A DNA stretch of 64,000 bases from the human T2T-CHM13v2.0 reference genome, Homo sapiens (GCF_009914755.1 NC_060933.1), one strand, 5' to 3'. Shown: positions 42,938-57,963, counted from the stretch's first letter. Program-made: numbers and translations. Notes: a model not told the origin generated them from the sequence alone.

Positions 42938-44305
42938 CGTTAGATTTAATCTACCAATCTTTGGGTTGGGGCAGGGAAGGCTGATGATCCATCTCTACCT
43001 TGTTTCCTTGGTTCTTTATCCCAGCAGGGCTTTGGGGCTCCCCTGATATAGTCCTACAGACACTGTGATTTTTATCTCTCAGGGCAGCCATGATTCTGTC
43101 AAGACAATTCTGAGGAAAGGCTGGAGCAGAATGTAAAAGCTGTCTTCTATCTTACTCTCTGCCATACCTGGGCTATCTAGCCAAACATGGCATCATCCTC
43201 CAGCCTTCTCCTTCCCAAGATTACTTCATTTTCCAGGCTCCCCACAGGGTTCTGACAGTATTTAGGCAGTGCCTCAGAGGCTTGATTTCCTTTCTTATTT
43301 ATTAGTTCCTCTCTTATTTAATAGTTTCTCTGGGGTTGATCTTGGGAGCTGGGAAAGAGCCAGTTGCACTAGTTACTTCTCAGTTTTTTCAGGACCTAGA
43401 GCCAACTACATTTTGAATATTTGAGATTTCCATATATTAAATTCAGAATCATGCTTTGTTTGACTTAGCCTTATATCAAATGCATTTTCTTTATCATCAA
43501 AAGTCCAAATGAACATAATTTTAATGGCTATGTAATATTCCATCTAATAATATTACCACAATGTATTTAATCATTTTTATATTGTTGGCTATTTAGAGTG
43601 CTTTCATTTTTCTTTTTTCACAACAACATGTGACTCTGGGTTGGGAATTTTTATGTCTTAATCTTTGCCTAGAGTTTAGATTAGAATAACTTTTAAATTT
43701 GTAACCTGACCATACTACTACCCAGCTTATAAAGAGCTTATTTTTACCCACTGATACATTTTTGTAGCTGAAAGGAAGAACTGCTATTAAAACAACCCTA
43801 AAATGATTGGAGCAACTTCTGCATTTGAAGGGTGCTGAGGAATTATTCTCAAGAACAAACTCAATCTTTTGTTTAGAAGCCATATTAATGAAACTTCTGC
43901 TATGAAAGTCAAGACAATGTGCGGTGATGTGATAAGGAAGTGTAGTTTAAGGAAACTAAACTTTTCTGCATCACAGTGTGAATGATAGAGACATTGTTCT
44001 GCTGTATAACCTGTTTTGGTATCTTCATAGTGCATCCCTGATCAGTAGTTTGTAAGGAGCCTTGACATTGGGAAGAGGAGAGGAAACGGAAGGAAGGACC
44101 TGGTTCTGAGTAAATGCAGGACCTGGGAAGACGACAGGAGGTAAGAGTCTAGTGAGAGAGGAGGACCCCAGTAGGAGAATACCTCAGACAAGGCATGTGT
44201 GTGGGTGGCTGATGAAAGGATGTGTGATAGCCAATGTTTCCTGTTTTAAACTTATTCTGCTATTCCTCCTTCTCCTTTTCTCCCTTTGCCTATCTCAAAA
44301 CATTA

Positions 44306-44751
44306 GTAGAGCATTAATACTGAGTGTCAATTTGATTGGATTGAAGAATTCAAAGTATTGATCCTGGGTGTGTCTGTGAGGGTGTTGCCAAAGGAGATTA
44401 ACATTTGAGTCAGTGGGCTGGAAAAGGCAGACCCATCCTTAATCTGGGTGGGCACCAGCTAATCAGCTACCAGCATGGCCAGAATATAAAGCAGGCCGAA
44501 AAACATGAAAAGACTAGACTGGCCTAGACTTCCAGCCTACATCTTTCTCCTGTGCTGGATGCTTCCTGCCTGCAAACATCAGACTCCAAGTTCTCCAGTT
44601 TTGGGACTCAGACTGGCTCTCCTTACTCCTCAGCTTGCAGATGACCTATTGTGGGACCTTGTGATTGTGTGAGGTAATACTTAATAAACTCCCCTTTATA
44701 TATCTATCTATCCTATTAGTTCTGTCCCTGTAGGGAACCCTGACTAATATA
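44306..44751 (+). mobile_element. MLT2A1-like (HERV-L) solo LTR
   Basis: TTAATACTGAGTGTCAATTTGATTGGATTGAAG..GGAGATTAACATTTGAGTCAGTGG ... AACCCTGACTAATATA, ~445 bp. Confidence 0.85.
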
Positions 44752-45850
44752 GCTGTGTTAGTGGCTAACTAAGAGTTAACCTTGTGTAAAGGCTGCCTTG
44801 GAGAATAAAGGGTTCCACTTATGATGATGGAGAAATCAGAGACAGCTGAAGCTGCATGAGAGGAGGCCCAAGGTAATTTAGGTAAAACTTGGGCTGACAG
44901 AAGACAACCATGACTTGTCAGCACCTGCCTCAGAACTTCTCAGTTCATGCAGAGAATTTGCAGTCACATGAAGAAAGAAGCTTGGATTGTTTTATTCAGG
45001 TGGTAAAGAAAAGAGGTCCTTATAAAGATAAAGGACTTGGGGACATTTTGGGGAGCAAGGCTTTAACAGGCAATCAAGATCCTATTGTGTGCTTTCTTAA
45101 TACCCTATGCTGCTTTTTCATGCCATCAGTTCCAGAAGTAGTCAAATAATTATGTATTTAGTTGTTCAGTGTAGTGTCTGCTTTCCATTTAGAATGTGAG
45201 GTGCCCAAGGCCAAGAAAGGGTTTGTTGGGTTTCCTAGCCTCTAAAACAGACTCTGGCACAAGATAAATGCATGGCAAATGTTTTTGAAATAAAGGAATG
45301 TAATCAATTGCTGTTGTTTCTATTGTTATTAAAGGGAAGCACTCAAATATAATAATTACTATGCTAGGGCACTGGAATTAGGGATACCATCCCTGTCTTT
45401 TTTCGTATTTTTCTATGCATCTTTTATATTTTCACCAAAGAGTGAAAAAACAAGAGTAACTCTTGGTAAGACCTCTTTACATTGAGTGTTTGTTATATTC
45501 TTTGGTGTTTTGCTTCTGTTTCTATGTTCTTTTTGATACTTGAGATTGATTGGTGAAGCTCTTCTATGATGCCCAGGTCTACCCACCAGAGAGCTAATTA
45601 CAAAGCTATTCAATGGCACTCCTCTGCCTTTTGGAACCTGAAGTTTTGTCATTTGGCCTGCCAATGTGGAAATTTATGTTTAGATCCTGATTCTTAGACA
45701 TATCTTGATAAATTATGAGAATACTGAATCTAAGATTTTTATGTTCATAGATTCATACTGTGTCATAAAGGGAAGGTTTCTATAAATAAAAAACATATAC
45801 TTCTCTCTTTTTTGGTTGCCTTCATTAATAATTAGTTGACTTTCACTTAC

Positions 45851-46048
45851 CTTGAAAAATGTTATAAATGTTTGACCAGCTACCCCTTTGAGAATTGAGG
45901 GGGGATTTGGTCCATTGAATGTAATAAGTGAGGTGGTAACTCCAGATTCTCTTGGGTTGCTGCAGCTGACAAGCTGTGTTTGTTTTAGGTCTTCTCCTTG
46001 GCCCTTTAAAGTGGCTTCCTCTTTTCTGACATGCTCCAGTGGAAGCAG
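45851..46048 (-). other. Candidate 198-nt internal exon (unknown transcript)
   Basis: Acceptor TTCATTCTCCCTTTGGTTTTTGCAG| and donor AAG|GTAAGT. Length divisible by 3, two open frames, non-repetitive. No recognised protein match. Confidence 0.4.
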
Positions 46049-46559
46049 CTGCAAAAACCAAAGGGAGAATGAAAAATCCTCTTTTCAGATTAGACTGAGA
46101 ATAAAATCCAGAAAGCACAACCTGATTAGAATGGAATGATATTGATCCTGCTTCACTTCCACCCTTATAAAAATAACAATTTCTTCACTGCTCTTTGCTT
46201 TCAACCTTTCGGTGCATCTAGTTCGCCCTTTTGGTATTCATTCCCTCATCTCTCTTTTATCCCTCAATGTACTACAGCAGGATTCCATCCTGTATCACCT
46301 CACTGGAGCTGCTTAGGCAATGAATAGTCTCCTAATTGACAAATGTGAGGTTTGATTTTTATTCTGTCTGTCATTTGATATCTGCATTTCTTTTTTGTCT
46401 ACGATGATTCTGTCTCCTAGAAAATCTCCTTCTATGACCCTGAAATCTCTTAAATGTCTTCTTCCTCTTTTGGCTTCACCTTTTCACTGTTTTTCTTGCC
46501 TCCTCTTTCTTTACCACCATTAACGTGTTGGTATTCCCCAAGATTCTATTCTTGGCTGC

Positions 46560-46922
<363 letters not shown>

Positions 46923-47421
46923 TAGGTGATTGCCTTCAATACCATGAGTTTAGCACGTGAACACCAGTGTTTCCAAAATATGTATTTCCAGCTGAGATTT
47001 CTCTCTTGGAACTTCAGTTACATATTTCCAATCATCTAGGTGACACATCCTTCGACTATGTAACCAAAGGCAATTCAAACTCAATACATTTAAAACTGAA
47101 TTTATTTTATTATCTTCTCCACAAAACACCTGGATCCTCTTCCTATATTTCCTACCTTGGTTAATGATGCCGTCATATACCTTCCAGAAATCCAGAAGTT
47201 GAATAATAATAATTCTTTTCTGCCCATGCAATTAATCACCAGGTCCTATAGATTCTACCCAATAAATGTCTCTCATGTGTATTTTGTCCTCTTCATTCAA
47301 CATGCCATTGCCCACATACCTTCTACCAATTCCATCCTCTCTACTGCCATCAAAATTGTCTTTCTAAAGTATAGATGTCTTTCTAAAATCTTGGCACACA
47401 CCTGGTTAAAAACTGTATTGA

Positions 47422-47770
47422 GGCCGGGCATGATGGCTCATGTCTGTAATACCATCACTTTGGTAGGGTAAGGCAGGTAGATTGCTTAAGCTCAGGAATT
47501 TGAGTACAGCCTGGACAACATGGTGAAACATCGACTCTACAAAAAAAATACAGATATTAGCCAAGTGTGGTGGCATGTGCTGAAGTGGGAGGATGAAGTG
47601 GCGGGAGGCTGAAGTGGGAGGATGGCTTGAGCCTGGAAAGTCAAGGCTGCAGTGAGCTGAGATCATGCCACTACAGTCCAGCCTGAATGACAAACTGAGA
47701 ACCTGTCTCAAAAAACAAACAAACAAACAAAAAACCCCAAAACAAAGCAAAAAAAACACACCAAAACCAA
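47422..47770 (+). mobile_element. AluJ with local internal rearrangement
   Basis: GATTGCTTAAGCTCAGG and GGATGGCTTGAGCC J diagnostics. TSD AAAAACT(G/T)TATTGA. Confidence 0.92.
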
Positions 47771-47788
47771 AAAAACTTTATTGAATGA

Positions 47789-48225
<437 letters not shown>

Positions 48226-48567
48226 AGTATGTGGTTATTATATATACTACATATGTGATTTATCAAATGGACTATAAAACTCCTTGAAACAAGAGCCATG
48301 TCTTTTATTTTTGTATTTCTAGTGCTAACCACACAGAATAAAACTAGATTTAAATAAAGTGAACAAATGGATGAACTGGGGAAGAAATGTTGAAAGATTT
48401 GTTCTGTACAATGACCAACATCAAATGATCGAAGTATAAGACATTGATGGGGTGATATGAAAATAGTGAAAATGGGAGAGGTCACCAGTTTATAAAAGTC
48501 CATTAACTGGAACACTGGATAATTTGTCATTTCAGAACACGCTCTGTGCTTTTTCAGGACCTGCCTC

Positions 48568-49119
48568 CATGGTGGTTTTAAGATATGTCTAAAAATTCTT
48601 GACACTCCTCTCTTTTAAAAATGGAGCCTGATTTCCCTCCCTTGAATGTGAGTCAGACTTCATGACTTGCCTCTAACAAATAGGATGTGGCAGAAAAGAT
48701 GTCATATGACTTCCGAGGCTAGATCATTAAGAAGGTAGCTTCTGTTGGCTCTTTCTCTTCTTTTGATTGCTTATGTTAGGGAAAGCCCATTTCCATGCTA
48801 TGAAGACACTCACACAGCCTATGAAGAGGCCCCTGTGAGGAGGAACTGAGGCCTCCACCACCAACCAGCCACAACTTTCCAGCCGTGTAAATGAATCACC
48901 TTGAATGAAAATTTTCTTGCCAGTCAAGCCTTCAAATGACTACAGCCCCAGCCAATATCTTAACTGAAACTCCATGAGAAATTGCAAGATAAAATTGCCC
49001 AGCAAGCATGCTCTGGAATTTCAGACCCACAGAAACTGTAAGAATAATCAATGTTTATTTTTGTTTTAATCTACTGGCTTTTTAAGTAGTTTGTTATGCA
49101 GTAATAGATAGCTAATACA
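48568..49119 (+). mobile_element. MLT1F-like MaLR solo LTR
   Basis: AATTCTTGACACTCCTC..CCCTCCCTTGAATGTG..GAGGAACTGAGGCCTCC ... GCAGTAATAGATAGCTAATACA. Confidence 0.85.
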
Positions 49120-49271
49120 TGCTCTACTAAGAATAATTCTTCTTTTGATCTCTTAGCATCCCATGTATTCTTTCAGGTCTAATTTGTTATGCAGCAATAG
49201 ATAGCTAATGCATTCTGTACTAAGAATGACCCTCCTCTTGATCTTTTAGAATCTCATATATTCTTTCAGGT
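49090..49271. repeat. 93-bp diverged tandem duplication
   Basis: TTTGTTATGCAG..ATAGATAGCTAAT..CA...TATTCTTTCAGGT at 49090 and 49183. Confidence 0.9.
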
Positions 49272-49549
49272 TCTGCTTCCGTTGTCCTGGATTATTCCCA
49301 GCTTCCTCCAGTCAGAGCTGATATTTACCTCTTGTAGTTTTACCTCCTTTTATTGCTTAATATTATTTATTCTTTTAGCAAAAATGTATTCATTACTCAA
49401 TCTGTGCAGTATTCTATGCAGGGCATGGAAACCAAAAGATGAATGACTCAAAATTTTTGAAAATGGTTTTCTCTCCAAATATGCCCACTTTTCCTTGAGA
49501 AAAAGATTTTGATTGTTCTTCATTGTTAAGTTGTTTTGGGGCTTAAAAG

Positions 49550-49790
49550 TGTGAGTGTTGGGTTAAGGTTGTCTGGATAAGCATCCAGGCTTAGCCTGTT
49601 TCCTGTCCCAGCTTACTACCTGACTTCGGACAAGTTACCTCTCAAGGCTTAAGTTTCTGTCTGTAAAATGGGCATAACAGTAATTCCTGTCTTACATGGT
49701 TATTATGAAGGGTAAATGGGATCATACATGTTCAGTGCTTAGCATGGTACCTGACACTAAGTAAATTCTCAATAAACATGTTGTATTATT
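49550..49790 (+). mobile_element. MIR
   Basis: TGACTTCGGACAAGTTACC..AGTTTCTGTCTGTAAAATGGG..GTGCTTAGCATGGTACCTGACAC. Confidence 0.8.
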
Positions 49791-50383
49791 GTCATTGATT
49801 ATCCCACTCAATATCTAGCATAGTGACTAAAATAGGGTAGGTATTCAGGAGAGAAATGTTTGTTAAATTAAAATGTAAATGGAATAGGTTACTTTTGATA
49901 TTGGAGGATAGATAGTCAGAAAAGCATTTCAGACATGAGGTGTCAGTCATTATTCATGCAGCACTGAGTCACTGAGTAAAATCAACTCAGTAACTTATTA
50001 ATTGTTTAATTAACTTATTAAATGTTTAGTTACTATGTGCCATTAACTAGAGACATAGGAAAATGAGTGAAAGACATAGAAGGGCCAAGTGTTTGGACAC
50101 TGGAGAAAACGTTTCTTAACCCAGGTGCTTCCATGGGAAAGCAAATTCCCTACTGCCAGAGTCCTAGATTCAGCAAATATTTATTGAGCCACTATTATAT
50201 GCCAGGCAGTGTTACAGGAGCTTGGGGTACAGCGAATTTTCATTCATTTGATAAATATTTATTGAACACCTTTTTTGTGTGTGTGCCATTCTTTCAGTTC
50301 CATTCTGTGAACAAAACAGATGAGGATTTCAGCTTTCATGGACCTTTCTCACAAGGAGAAATGGACAATAAATCATATTCACC

Positions 50384-50936
50384 TTTGATGATTAACACTG
50401 AGTGTTAACTTGATTGGACTGAAGGATGTAAAGTATTGTTTCTGGGTGTATCTGTGAGGGTGTTGTCAAAGGAGATTAACATTTGAGTCAGTGGACTGGG
50501 AGAGGCAGACCCACCCTCAACCTGGGTGCGCACAATCTAATCAGCTGCTAGCATGGCTAGAATAAAACAGGCAGAAGAAGTTGTAAAGAGCAGACTTGCT
50601 GAGTCTTCTGGCGTTCATCTTTCTCCTGTGCTGAATGCTTCCTGCCCTCGAACATCAGACTCCAAGTTCTTCAGCTCTTGGACTCTTGGACTTACCCCAG
50701 TGGTTTGCCCAGGGGCTCTTGGGCCTTGGCCAAAGACCAAACAAAGGCTGCACTGTCAGCTTCCCTACTTTTGAGGTTTTGGGACTCAGACTGGCTTCCT
50801 TGCTCCTCAGCTTGGAGATGGCCTATTGGGGGACTTCACCTTGTGATCGTATGAGTCAATACTCCTTAATAAACTCCTCTTCATCTATACATCTATCCTG
50901 TTAGTTCTGCCCCTCTAGAGAACCCTGACTAATACA
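50384..50936 (+). mobile_element. MLT2A2-like (HERV-L) solo LTR
   Basis: ~553 bp, carries the extra GGTTTGCCCAGGGGCTCT block. TSD TCACC/TCATC. Confidence 0.85.
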
Positions 50937-51175
50937 TCATCCTACCTAGTTAATGATATAATTTGTTAGAAGATAATAGAAGCTATGAGAAAAAGGAAAA
51001 GAAAAAGTACAGCAAGATAACAAGGATCAGATATGCCAGGGTTAGTGTATGCAGGGGACTTTGCAGTTTGGTATATTTCTCACTGAGAAAGTGAGATATT
51101 GATGAGCAAAACTAAGGTCCTCTTCTACCATCTAGTGAAAGAGACAGACAAGAAGAAAGAAAATAAATCATTAGT

Positions 51176-51320
51176 GGCTGGGCATGGTGGCTCACACCTG
51201 TATCCCAGCACTCTGGGAGGCCAAGGCAGGTGTGGATCATTTGAGACCAGGAGTTTAAGACCAGCCTGGGCAATATAGCAAGACTCTGCCTCTACAAAAA
51301 ATTATAAAAATGAAAAAAAG
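51176..51320 (+). mobile_element. FLAM / Alu left monomer
   Basis: Single Alu monomer followed by an A-rich tail. TSD-like ATAAAT(AT)CATTA. Confidence 0.85.
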
Positions 51321-51959
51321 TAATGATAAATATCATTAAAAAATAGGATAATGTGAGAAAATCAAGGTCCTAGCTCTGGATATCTGTGCCCTTCCAGGTG
51401 GGAAGCCCAGGCCACTACCAGTCCTGCCCATCTGGCTGAAAAGAGTCTCTATTGAAGCACACACCTATGTTATGACCACCTCCTGTGTGTCTGTGAATAG
51501 GACAGCAGAACTATTATGTGTTGTAGCAGGTATTGTATTCCAACAAATTGGTCGACAAAAGAAGAGACATTCGTAATCTGTTAGTCATATTTCTGGTGGT
51601 GTAAATGGGTGATGATGGATCACTCTAACTAAAAGGTAGACTCTAGCCTCTCTGCACAGGACTGGAGGAGAAACTGTGTGAAGTTTGCCACTGTATAGAC
51701 AGTATAGGATGTTGTCCTACAGTGGGAAAGATTTGCTTATTATGAGAACAGAATTTCTCATAGGTTTGAATTTGATCTTTAAATGAGGACTATTAAAGGG
51801 AGATGGCTCTTTCAGTTTTCTAACATAAATTTTAATTTTATTCCTGATAGATGAGATGTGGCTATGTCTCAGGTTTAAGAAGGAATGATGGGGTTGTGAA
51901 ATGTTTCTCTTTCAGTTTGGTTGAAAGTAGTAGGAACTCAGAGTTTACATACCCTTAAA

Positions 51960-52570
51960 AGGGCTGTAGAGAGTGGGGAATATTCAGAGCACAGCCACAA
52001 AAGGTGATTAAAGGACCTGGGGAGGAAGGGAAATTAAAATTATTAGGCCTGCAGAAGGGCATGTGTGTGGCCAGGGTGAGAAGAGAAGGGAAGAAAAGGG
52101 AACTGACTTAATAATTGTTCTCTTGCCACTAGGGGTAGAACGAGAGGAAACAGGCTTAAATGAAAACAGGATAATTTAAGATAAGAAAGCTGAGTTTTTT
52201 CCCTGGGTTCTGGAGGCTGACGTCTCTTCTGTAAGATCTCCAGGGAAGATACACATCAGTCTGGTGTAGTTTATTTTAGCTTTAGTAAACATTTTACCCA
52301 AGGTGTGTAGCTTTGTCCATCTCTTTCAATGCTTCCAGCTGGTAAACTGAGAATACATATGATGTCTGAAAGCCGCGTTAGGCTGAAGAAATCTGATCTT
52401 AGTGTCGGGTATTGAATTTCCAATTAGAATGCTCATTTGCCCTCTGTGCTGCACACTCTGGGCCTTGGGCTAATTTAAATGGAGTATTTTCAGTGGATCC
52501 TGCCTAGAGACAGGAAGGTGGCTTAGGGGCCATCTCCTGCTTTCTTTTATTCTCAACGTACTGTGGGAAA
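51960..52570 (+). mobile_element. CR1/L3 3' fragments
   Basis: TTCAGAGCACAGCCACAAAAGGTGATTAAAGG ... AGAACGAGAGGAAACAGGCTTAAA ... GATCCTGCCTAGAGACAGG. Confidence 0.55.
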
Positions 52571-55500
52571 TACTGTTTATTCATTTAAGATTGCTGATTG
52601 AAGGCCAGATTAAATTATTTTTTATTCAACTAGTGTTGCTTGACATTTTTGTATATGATCTTTAATATTCTTCATTTTTAAAAGGTATGTATAAAATAAT
52701 CCTCTTTATATACAATACAAATATATTTGTGTGTGTACAAAATAGATATACTATATAGTCATAAAGAGAGATGTAAAAGATGGCCAAGAAAATGTTAATG
52801 GTGCTTACATAAGGAAGGTAGAATTTCATGTGACCTTTACTTTCTTTTTTATAGTACCATGTGGTTTTTGAATTTTCTACAATGAGAATGCGCCATCTAT
52901 ATAATCAGAAAGAAAACAATAAAGCTATTGAGAAAAAATACTACCAGCCACATTTTGAGATTATTGTGATACGTCAAAGAGGCAAAATAAGACTTTACTC
53001 AGGATTCAAACCCAAAACTCACTCCAAGCCACGTGACTTGCACTTTCTTAGGTAATTTGAAGGGTACAAAGAAGCCAATGACACAGTGCCTTCCCCTGGG
53101 GAACTAATAAGCTGGAGAAAAAAGTCATATAAGCCAGAGACATGAAAGACAAAGCCAGGGGCAAAAACAGGGACTGGCTTAGGAGTTCTGTGAAGAGGTC
53201 AGGAAGTCCTTCCTGGATGACAGGGGAACTTGAAGATGACAAAACTCAGATAGCTCAGAGAAGGGGAATAACATCCCTGGTAGAAGGCACAGCATCCATA
53301 AGGCTCCAGGGGTAGAAATATATAAGGCAAGTGTGGCAGAATAATTTGTTAATATTAATTTGTGTTTTGTGATCTCTTTTCTCCAGAGGTTTAGTTGCAG
53401 AGCTGAAAACAGAAGTTATTTGAAGACAACAGACATTGCTGGCCTTTGTTTTTAAAAGCCTCAGTTTATTGAGGGGATCATAGGGGAGAGGGAAGTGGCT
53501 AGTGCCTTCGCATGGGACGCAGGACAGTTGGAATAGGGGAAAGCCATTTTCCCCAAGACCACAAGTGGGCTGCAGTTTAGGTTTGTAAGAGTGGCTGCAC
53601 CTGTCCCCTGCACCCTTGCAGTGTCTCAGAGAGCTTGCAAGACCTTGGTAAGGAAGCATGGCATTCTTATTATGTTAAGCTGCACCCTGGGCTCCAGTGC
53701 CCAGCTTTGGCAAAGACCCAATGCGAATTGGAAGATTCCTACATACATGTAGAAAACAGAACAATTCCATAGTGCTAAAGAAAACATATGAATATGCAGA
53801 TGCTTGTGAGGATACATTGCTTTGACCAAGTCAGATAAGTTCTGACACCTTAGTTTCTCCAGCTACCAAATAAATGGGTATATTGATCCCTTCCAGCTCT
53901 AAAATTCATCAAATCTACCAAATTAGAATGTCTGTACATGGCATCACTTCATTTCCGCCTGAAATGCGGTGAGGATTGTGTGGAAACCCCATTTCAAAAG
54001 AGCGACCACGAGAATGTGCACATATGCATAATGTTTTTCAGCAGGAAGTAGGAGTATACGGCATAGTAATTGAATCTGCCTTTTGAATCTTCTAAGCCAG
54101 CAGGATCTGATACCTGATCAGATGAGTATTGTTTCTTCCTTCCTGTAAAATCAGCTAAAATGGGAAGACTGAAGTGCAAATTTCCATCACAACTTGAGAA
54201 ATCTTCTGCACTCATCCACCCCCACTCTCTCTTCATGTGTGCCATTTATTTGTATAGATTCTTGCTTTCAACCAAAGGGGTTCAGTTCCAGAGAGACAAA
54301 TCATGCACAGAGAAAAAAATTGCTTCCTAGACTTGAATATTTAGTGATGAGCTAAACCTTCCGAGAGGGGAAAAAATATGATTCTGTTGTGAAGGGGGAA
54401 ATAAATGTCCTCCAAATCAATGTGAAAATGGAGACCTAGGGAAGTGAGGTTCACATCTGTCCTTAATGTGGCTCTGGAAGGATGGAGACAGAGACAATAA
54501 ATGATATATCAGACATGGTGCTCTGCTTAGAAATTGCAATTCTAAATGTCATACGCCGTGAGCTTCTCTCACTCCCCCCATTATTCAAGACAATTCACAG
54601 GAGATAACTTCTTGACTCTGCCATAATAATATTCTTGAGCTTGTCTCCCAAATAAACAACATTGGTTTCTGCTTTAAGCAATACCTTCCCCATTTTCCCA
54701 CACCACTTAAATCAACAACCCCTTTCTCTGTCTGATCTGAATCCCAAGCCCCCAGCCTTGTATTTTGCTACACATATGCTTCCCATTCTGAGTTTGTGTT
54801 CCTTATCTCCAGTGTTATTAAAGAGCAGCTCAGCATTGCCCGGTTTATACTGGAGTTTTTTGCCACTCTAGATAAAATGGGAATATTTTGTGTCTTCTTT
54901 TTTTTTGAATCACCTTCTTAATCTTTATCATAATCTCTTCGTTTTTTTGTTTTAAACCCGTGATTTTTGTGTCAATTTTTTTTCTATTTATTAATCTGCA
55001 GACTCCAATCCAGTCACCTCGTTACCAAAATGAGAAACCTGGTATTCACATCACTCAATGTGGTTGGTTTTGGAGCTTGGTGAAGACTAAAAACACAGAA
55101 AGACTTGCAAGTAGCCTAGAGGGAATAGAGAGGTTGCTATTAATGTGTTTCTTCATTGAACAGAGCTCATCTGTGCATTTGGAAATAAAGAGAAAGTGAC
55201 TGTTGAAAGCCACTGAGAAAAGTGCTATCTGGGACATTTTATCTGAAGATTTTATAGAAAATGAAGAATGGCCCAAAGTAAAATGTGGCATCACAGTAAT
55301 ATTCTTATAATGCTGGATGCTTGGCTAAGAGTAGCAAGGGGAAAAAAATGCCTTTTGAAAGTGGGGTTGGCTCAGGGAAGAAGAAAATGCTCTGTAGAGA
55401 AATAGAAATGTCTATACTTTACGGGGCCCAGAACTACTTGGTATTTGCAGAACATTCAGGCTTTTGCATCCCTATGGGCCTTCAGAATTCTTCCTTTTCT

Positions 55501-57963
55501 TGCACAAATTAGCTATAGTGAGATGTCCCCAGAACTAGGCAACGAGGTCACCCTTTGAAGGTCAAGTATCCAAAAGTCAGAAAAGAATAAAGGAATTGAG
55601 CCATCTTCAGACGTGGCCAGGCCTCCAAGATGTTCTGTACTTGTGTGACTGAATGAACATTAAGAGTGGATATAGAATAGTTATAGATTCAAACAGTGTG
55701 TTTAGGATTTGTCTTTAGGACCAGAATCACAGAAATTGAAGAAAGAGTGTGTTTAATAGAATTAAAATAGTAGCTACTATAACAATAATCACACATTAGC
55801 ACAAATACTGTGCTAAGTAGTTATAAACACTTTTTACTAGGCCTCACAACAGTCTAGAGATTCTTATCACTATTTTATAGATCAGCAAACTGTTTCAGAG
55901 AAGATGAGTGACATTTCCAAAGTCACACAGCTTGTCAGTGGTAGAGCAGGAAATCAAATCCATGTTGATTGCTGGTTTTCAAAACTTACTGTATGGAGGG
56001 AAACATTCTATATGTATTTTGGAAAAAGGAAGGGGAGCAAAACTTAAGTTCTGTGCAATGAAAGGAGATATTATTTTGCTAGACATGAATGTCAAGTAAT
56101 CAGATCACCTAGGAGGTGGAGTCTATTGTGGGAAGAGAGAGGGTCTATCTGGCTTTGACACACCTGGAGAAATACCCCACTGGATCTTCCAGTTCCCTAT
56201 GAACTCATGCTTACCAAGTCATCTTCCAACAGCTAAGTTAGCTTCCTATGTAATTGATAGACCCCAGTTACTGGACATGGATATCTGAATCTTTAAATAA
56301 ATATGTTTATGTCTTGTTTCCGTATCATTGTCTCCAGAGTTGAGGAAGTCTGTCCAACCCACCAATGCAATTCCTTTAAGGACACTGTTGATCCACTGTC
56401 AGCACATTCAAGACCAAATTATGGCATAGGTGGGGAAGGCCCTGTATCTGAACAGTGGACCCACCTGCTCCTTTCCCTTCACGCTAGTCTGGCTTTGCTA
56501 TACATTCTTTGTTCAAATCATCAAAATCCAGTTAGCTACACATTAACCACAATGATGATTACTATCATTACCTGAAGGCTTCATATGTGCCAGTTGCCGT
56601 GCTAGGCACATCATGAACTCTATATCTCATTGAAATCGCACAAGTCCCCTCTCAGATACTTTTGTTTTACTGGAAGTAGAGGCTTGGAGAGGTTGTCACA
56701 CTGAATCTAAGCTGGGAAGCTGGGATTCCTGTCCAGATCTATATGCTCTTGGCCACTATGATGGGATGCCAGTTTTGACTTAATTACACCTTGTCAATCT
56801 GGGCCAGTCTTTTGCCTTTGGAACTAAAACTGTGGCTCCCTGAATAGAAACCTTTGTATCAGACTGCCAGAAGGGAACAGCCTCCCAGCTTGCCTGGTTC
56901 TCTGAGACTCTCCTATGGGGAAGTACCTCCAAGAGCCTGGTGAGCTCTGTGTATGTGGACATGTTTGAATTCCTGAACCTGTAAAATTGAGGATCAGACC
57001 TCAGGCTCCGGTGTTGACACCCATGGGGACCTGGTGTCCGTATAGAGTGTGGGGAGGCCAGAGGACATAGGAGAGAAGATTCTGTTTAAATGGTCAGCTC
57101 ACATTCCTTTTTGACTTCTTTCTGTAACTACACTATCTTTCGTCTCATGTTTCCATAGATTCAAATCCTCGGGCACCAGCTGCTGCCATGTCATTGAAGG
57201 AGGCCTTGATAGGCTTCCCTTAAGGAGAAATGCATGATGAGCTATGATTTCTCCAATACCAAATTTATTATAAAGATGATCATTAATAGCAACCCCCTAG
57301 ATTTATAAAGCACCTTTCTCCTAACAGTCTCTCTTGTAGAGGTTTTCTCATTTATCCTCACAGAACCTGAGGGATGGGGAGAAGGAAATATTACCATTTT
57401 TACATTATGGATTGCCATGATCTAGAAGCTTTTATTGCTATACCTATTTCCATGTGGAACTGTGTTAGGAACTACATAAAGAGAGCCCACAAATGCATCA
57501 GGTGTTTATTGAGGGTCTTTTATGTGCCCAAATAACTTTGGTATTATTATCCCATTGCACAGATGAAGGATGGAAGTCTCAGAGAAGTTAAGTGACTTGC
57601 TTAGCAGATAAGTGAGTAAAATATGGTTTCTGCTATCACCAAGAAGACAATATAATAAGTAGCTTTTATTGAGCATTTATGTGCTAGGCACTGTGCTAAA
57701 AAATACAGGAGTTATCTTTGGTAATTATTTTAAGAACTCTGCAAGTTTGTTGTACTATAACAAACTATAATTATCTCCATATTGCAGATGAGGCATAGAG
57801 AGATTGAGTAACTTACACTAAGCTACATAGCTGTTAAGTAGCTGACCTTGAGAGACAAAAAGCAGAAAGGAGCCAGATAGTTCAAGTTGGATTCCGGCTC
57901 CAGCAAATTTTATGTTACCCTGAGCCAGCTGCTTAACTTTTCTATTCCTGTTTCCTAACTTGT

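Noticed and set aside
53994-54245. Possible minus-strand exon (TTTTACAG|GAAGGAAG...)
   Set aside because: Weak donor and no recognisable peptide, so insufficient support.
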